This document shows, piece by piece, positions 26,147 through 28,018 of a DNA stretch of 28,018 nucleotides. The stretch is from IMG/VR virus record IMGVR_UViG_3300012990_000009, positions 1 to 28,018 of that record; one strand, given 5' to 3'. Below the pieces are notes generated by a model. The model was not told the DNA's origin, searched no databases, and saw only the letters and a program-made list of their open reading frames with translations. Source of the stretch: a virus (lineage: Duplodnaviria > Caudoviricetes). Numbering within the stretch: position 1 is the first letter of the stretch; each line of letters begins with the position of its first letter. The position numbers and the translations under genes are program-made.

Positions 26147-26863
26147 ATGCAACGCGTAAGCAAGCGCGGGCTGGCGGAAATCGCTGCCCACGAAGGAATC
26201 GTCACGTCGCCATATCTCGATAGCGTAAAGGTCTGGACGCTTGGCGTCGGCCACACTGCGGCGGCTGGCGGGCTGGATCCTGCGCGGAATCGTCGGGAGT
26301 TCTCTATTCCCGAGATCATGACCATTTTCGCCCGCGATATCGAAAAGTTTGAAGCGGGCGTGCGCAAGGCATTCACCCGCCCGCTGTCTCAGGAGCAATT
26401 CGACGCAGCGGTTTCGTTCCACTTCAACACGGGCGCGATCGGCCGCGCGACATGGGTGAAGAAGTTCAACGCTGGCGACATCGCTGGTGCGCGGAAATCC
26501 TTCATGGACTGGCGCAAGCCGAAGGAGATAATCCCCCGCCGCGAGAAGGAGCGCGACCTGTTTTTCGACGGTCGGTACTCGTCTGCCGGCGCCGCGACGA
26601 TCTATCCGGCCAACGCGGTCGGCGCCGTACAGTGGAGCCAGGGCAAGCGCGTCAATGTGCTGGCCCTCATGAGCGCCGCTGATGCGCCCAAGCCCGTTCC
26701 GGCACCCGAACCCGCGCCGCGCCCGCAACCCGCGCCAGCGGCCAAGCCTGACGGCAAGACGGGCATCATCGCCCTTACCGTGGCCGCGCTCGTGGCGGCC
26801 GGTGCGTGGCTCTCCGGTCTCGTCTGCTCCATCCCCCTGATCTCCAACCTGTGCGGAGGCTGA
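26147..26863 (+). CDS. Endolysin, GH24 muramidase with Pro/Ala linker and C-terminal hydrophobic segment
   Basis: Catalytic E-x8-D-x5-T in HEGIVTSPYLDSVKVWTLGVGHT; QFDAAVSFHFNTG; RREKERDLF. Confidence 0.92.
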   Translation: MQRVSKRGLAEIAAHEGIVTSPYLDSVKVWTLGVGHTAAAGGLDPARNRREFSIPEIMTIFARDIEKFEAGVRKAFTRPLSQEQFDAAVSFHFNTGAIGRATWVKKFNAGDIAGARKSFMDWRKPKEIIPRREKERDLFFDGRYSSAGAATIYPANAVGAVQWSQGKRVNVLALMSAADAPKPVPAPEPAPRPQPAPAAKPDGKTGIIALTVAALVAAGAWLSGLVCSIPLISNLCGG

Positions 26864-26864
26864 C

Positions 26865-27065
26865 ATGCTGAAATGGTTCAAGGACTCCGAGACCATCCTC
26901 TGGGCTCGTCTCCAGACGTTCATCGGTATCGTCGCGGTCATCGTGACCTACGTCGAGCCGTCCGTTCTGAGCCCGGTCATGCCGGCCGAATGGTTCCCGC
27001 TCCTGGTGCTGGCGAATGGCGTGTTCACCGAGTACCTGCGGCGTCGGCGCGCGGAGGATCTGTGA
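26865..27065 (+). CDS. Putative holin (two TM helices, basic C-terminus)
   Basis: 66 aa, ends YLRRRRAEDL, directly after the endolysin. Confidence 0.7.
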   Translation: MLKWFKDSETILWARLQTFIGIVAVIVTYVEPSVLSPVMPAEWFPLLVLANGVFTEYLRRRRAEDL

Positions 27066-27263
27066 TTATCGCTGGCGGGCCGGCACATCTCCCGGCAAAT
27101 GGCGGCGCCCCGTTTACGTGTTGGCAGACGAACCTAATCTCTGCACAGCCGGTCGGTTGCCTAGGACCGATTTCTTCCGCCGTCTCTCGCCCGCGTTCGC
27201 GTTTCAGTGTTTTGACGCCCGCCGCCAGCACGTTTCCCCTACCACAATGAGGCACAAAAGCCA

Positions 27264-27500
27264 ATGACCGCAATCATGCTCTGGCTCGCATCCAACCCGA
27301 CAATAATCGCCATCGTCGGCGCCGTCCTTGCTGCTCTTGGCTACGGCTACAGCCAGCGCAGGGCAGGGGCCAAGACCGAGCGCGAAAAGCAGGACGCACG
27401 CGAGCGCGAGGCCAAGACCATCGCGGATGAGATTGATGATGCCGTGGCCGGCCGATCGCCAAGCGAAGTCGAAAAGGAGTTGCGGAAGTGGGCGCAATAA
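27264..27500 (+). CDS. Putative inner-membrane spanin (Rz-like)
   Basis: N-terminal TM then charged helix; overlaps the lipoprotein gene. Confidence 0.7.
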   Translation: MTAIMLWLASNPTIIAIVGAVLAALGYGYSQRRAGAKTEREKQDAREREAKTIADEIDDAVAGRSPSEVEKELRKWAQ

Positions 27501-27706
27501 ACCGCAGTAAACTGGCTGCAATCGTCGGTCTACTGATGCTGGCCGGGTGCGGCACGACGCCATCGGGCACGTTCTGCGACCTCGCCAGCGACAAAGAGCG
27601 CCCGTCGCAGGCCGAAATCGATGTCATGACGCCTGAGCGCCGCGCGGCTCTCTTGGCGTTCTACCTTCGCGGCCAACGCCTTTGCGGCTGGAAGCCATTC
27701 AACTAG
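27488..27706 (+). CDS. Putative outer-membrane spanin lipoprotein (Rz1-like)
   Basis: Lipobox LLMLAG-C plus two more Cys (TFCDL, LCGW); exact start uncertain. Confidence 0.75.
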   Translation: MGAINRSKLAAIVGLLMLAGCGTTPSGTFCDLASDKERPSQAEIDVMTPERRAALLAFYLRGQRLCGWKPFN

Positions 27707-27764
27707 ACTGCCTCCGCTGCAATTCCGCAGGGAGGAAACCGCAATGCTTCAAAGGACGAAACGC

Positions 27765-28018
27765 ATGACGACAGTGGTCGAGAAGATCGCAACCGAGCTG
27801 GGCGCAGCGGAAACCGCGCTGCACCGGTCGCGCGCCAACCTTGGCAAGGTTGAAAAACTCCTGAAGGAAGCCCGCAAGGACGGGCTTGGCAAGGACAGCG
27901 AGGTCATGCTGATGATCAGCCGGATAGGCGTCATCGGGGGCCAGATCGCGGCGGCCGAACTCGCGCTGTACGAAGCCCATGCCGAGATGACGGAGAAGGC
28001 CAAGGCCAAGAACGTCGA
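27765..28018 (+). CDS. Hypothetical helical protein (partial, runs off the window)
   Basis: MTTVVEKIATELGAAETALHRSRANLGKVEKLL... open to the window end; alternative in-frame ATG at 27744. Confidence 0.7.
   Translation, partial: MTTVVEKIATELGAAETALHRSRANLGKVEKLLKEARKDGLGKDSEVMLMISRIGVIGGQIAAAELALYEAHAEMTEKAKAKNV

Noticed and set aside
27066-27263. About 200-nt gap between holin and spanin as a gene or sRNA
   Set aside because: Overlapping ORFs look non-coding and I found no convincing structure; left unexplained.
24531-28018. Diversity-generating retroelement, suggested by the BPP-1-like gene order
   Set aside because: No reverse transcriptase and no TR/VR pair differing at adenines was seen in the window.

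Overview
GC-rich late region of a tailed, probably temperate, short-tailed (podovirus-like) phage or prophage; an alphaproteobacterial host is inferred. The gene order resembles BPP-1/epsilon15-type phages. The + strand carries terS, terL, portal, scaffold, major capsid, a decoration protein, tail tubular A/B, a GNAT-like protein, four ejection proteins, a fibre pair and a lysis cassette. Four accessory inserts interrupt this backbone: (1) a minus-strand two-gene XRE-HTH cassette (245-1083); (2) a minus-strand three-gene HTH / GIY-YIG-HTH cassette between terS and terL (2346-3270); (3) a minus-strand HNH gene after the capsid genes; (4) a P22 immI-like block (membrane proteins, RHH repressor, Rha-antirepressor). 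Best leads: a capsid-mRNA leader with three copies of one CCAYC/CC internal loop; a ~90-nt hairpin leader shared by the HNH gene and the antirepressor operon; a GIY-YIG-HTH fusion beside a stand-alone paralogue of its own HTH; and a fibre that starts with a paralogue of the capsid decoration protein. No integrase, replication genes, tRNA, CRISPR array or reverse transcriptase were seen. All family calls come from motif recognition by eye, not from database searches.
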